A stretch of 64,000 bases of DNA from a bacterium (GTDB lineage: Bacteria > RBG-13-61-14 > DATKZS01), in assembly GCA_963674965.2 (NCBI GenBank), contig CAXXFL010000001.1, positions 576,001 through 640,000 of the forward strand, in the 5' to 3' direction. This document shows positions 62,358-64,000 of this stretch, piece by piece (the first letter of the stretch is position 1; each line of letters begins with the position of its first letter). The position numbers were made by a program, and so were the translations under genes. The notes beneath the pieces are model-generated. The model worked only from the letters and a program-made list of their open reading frames with translations. It was not told where the DNA came from and made no database searches.

Positions 62358-63131
62358 ATGCCATTTTGGGATTCCTGTAAAGAAGATATAAGGGCGGTCT
62401 TTGACAACGACCCCGCCGCCAGGAGCATGGTCGAGGTCACGCTGACCTACCCCGGCCTGCACGCCATATGGATGCATCGATTCTCCCATTGCCTGTACGA
62501 AAAAAAAAGATACACTCTGGCCAGGATCGTTTCTCACCTGGGCCGATTTCTCACCGGCGTCGAAATACATCCGGGAGCTAAAATCGGCAAAAGAGTGTTC
62601 ATCGATCACGGCATGGGCATAGTTATCGGCGAGACCTCCGAGATCGGAGACGAGTGCCTTCTTTACAAAGGCGTGGTCCTGGGCGGGACCAGCCTGGAAA
62701 AAAAGAAAAGACATCCCACCCTCGGGAAAGGAGTGGTGGTGGGCTCCAACGCCTGCGTGCTCGGCTCGATCCACGTGGGAGACGGGGCCCGGATCGGCTC
62801 CGGATCGGTGGTGATTAAGGACGTTCCCCCCGGCGCGACCGTCGTCGGCGTCCCGGGCAAAATCGTAAAGAGAATGGCGGGTCCCGAATCTATCGATCCC
62901 GACGCGCCCCTCCGCGCCAAGCTCTCTCACGCCGATCTGCCCGACCCGCTGATAGAAGTGCTCGAGGCCTGGATGGGCCTCCTGAACCGCTATGAGGACC
63001 GCATCAAAAGGCTCGAGGACCACCATGAAATCAAGTCCGAGAACCTTGCCGAGGCTTTCAGGAGCCAGATGCCGCTTCTTAGCGACGAGCTTTCCAAATC
63101 CGGCGCGGCCCCTGAAGAGGAGGATGAATGA
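62358..63131 (+). CDS. cysE: Serine O-acetyltransferase
   Basis: DPAARS, YPGLHA, EIHPGA, FIDHG, KRHPT, VGVPG. Confidence 0.96.
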   Translation: MPFWDSCKEDIRAVFDNDPAARSMVEVTLTYPGLHAIWMHRFSHCLYEKKRYTLARIVSHLGRFLTGVEIHPGAKIGKRVFIDHGMGIVIGETSEIGDECLLYKGVVLGGTSLEKKKRHPTLGKGVVVGSNACVLGSIHVGDGARIGSGSVVIKDVPPGATVVGVPGKIVKRMAGPESIDPDAPLRAKLSHADLPDPLIEVLEAWMGLLNRYEDRIKRLEDHHEIKSENLAEAFRSQMPLLSDELSKSGAAPEEEDE

Positions 63132-64000
63132 TCGGCGGCGCGGGGGAGTCGGGCGCCGACCTTCTGGCTGACGGGAGGCCTAAACGCCTATATCCCGAAG
63201 CGATTATCATTTTTCTGCTCGTTATGTTTTCACTGTCAGCCGGTTCCAAATCCTGGAAAAAACCTCCGACCGTTCGGGTGAAGGTGGGCGACATCTCGAG
63301 TCCCAAGAATCTTTCCGGAAAGAATTTAAGGTGGAGCGCGGGACCGGTCAAAGGAGAGGGACAGGCTTTGGTTGCCTTTAGCGCGGGTAAAATTACCGTC
63401 AATAAAAGGCCCGCTTCCTTTCCCGTCACCTTTATGGCGGATGGTCCGATCTCGGTGGGCGGCGAGGCGTTTCGAGGCGATCTCGTTATTTCATCCGGAG
63501 GACCTCCCATTATAATTAACCACGTGGACCTCGAGTCCTACGTGGCGGGCGTTATCAACCAGGAGATTGACTCGAGATGGCCCGAGGCCGCGGTGGACGC
63601 CCAGGCCATACTGGCCCGCACCTACGCCATAAGGAAAGCCAGGGCGAAAAAGGACGCGCCCTATGATCTCGAGCGCACGGTGGCGGACCAGGTCTACGGC
63701 GGGGTGGCGGCTGAGGACGAGTTGGCCTGGGCCTCGGTCGAGCGCACCAGGTCCTTGGTTCTTATGTATAACGGAGAGCCGGCCGCCGCCAACTATCACG
63801 GATGCTGCGGCGGCAGGACCGAGCTTCCCAGCTCGGTTTGGGGAGGGAAAGACGAGCCATATCACAAGTCCGTGGTCTGTCCCTATTGCCGCAACGCGCC
63901 GCGATATTTCTGGCGTTTTCCGGAAAGGGGCGCGATGAGCGGGCGCGAGCTTGCCTCCATGCTCGGCCTGGCGGGAAGCGTAAAAGACGCCCGCGTGTCC
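63128..64000 (+). CDS. SpoIID/LytB domain protein (runs off window)
   Basis: My translation: INHVDLESYVAGVINQE, AQAILARTYA, DQVYGG, YHGCCGGRTE; ATGA overlap with cysE. Confidence 0.9.
   Translation, partial: MIGGAGESGADLLADGRPKRLYPEAIIIFLLVMFSLSAGSKSWKKPPTVRVKVGDISSPKNLSGKNLRWSAGPVKGEGQALVAFSAGKITVNKRPASFPVTFMADGPISVGGEAFRGDLVISSGGPPIIINHVDLESYVAGVINQEIDSRWPEAAVDAQAILARTYAIRKARAKKDAPYDLERTVADQVYGGVAAEDELAWASVERTRSLVLMYNGEPAAANYHGCCGGRTELPSSVWGGKDEPYHKSVVCPYCRNAPRYFWRFPERGAMSGRELASMLGLAGSVKDARVS

Overview
GC-rich bacterial DNA. Gene content suggests a deltaproteobacterial-type (Desulfobacterota/Myxococcota-like) organism, which is an inference. The window opens with a minus-strand complex I operon (nuoA-K plus the start of nuoL) whose NuoJ and NuoH carry large insertions. 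Mixed metabolic and envelope genes follow: tandem DsrC/TusE, acyl-CoA ligases, YfhO, Tat GH3, MscS, metVF, thioredoxin with a divergent PAS sigma54 activator, ArsA, TetR, MaoC, M23, cysE and SpoIID. There is also a truncated IS3-family element and a 2028-aa MopE-repeat/FGE-domain lipoprotein. The most unusual structure recurs at three loci (about 13.7-15.5, 39.9-40.4 and 52.0-56.7 kb). Each has a non-coding element, or one end of it, with the terminal inverted repeat AGATCTGGGGACAGCATACTTA, stuttered partial copies of that end, and REP-like hairpins of a second family. At two of the three loci there is also a 200-340 bp duplication of the neighbouring host gene end and an AT-rich nuclease cargo gene (HNH; SF1 helicase-PLD). 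No integrase or cognate transposase is encoded at these loci. No rRNA, tRNA or CRISPR array was recognised.
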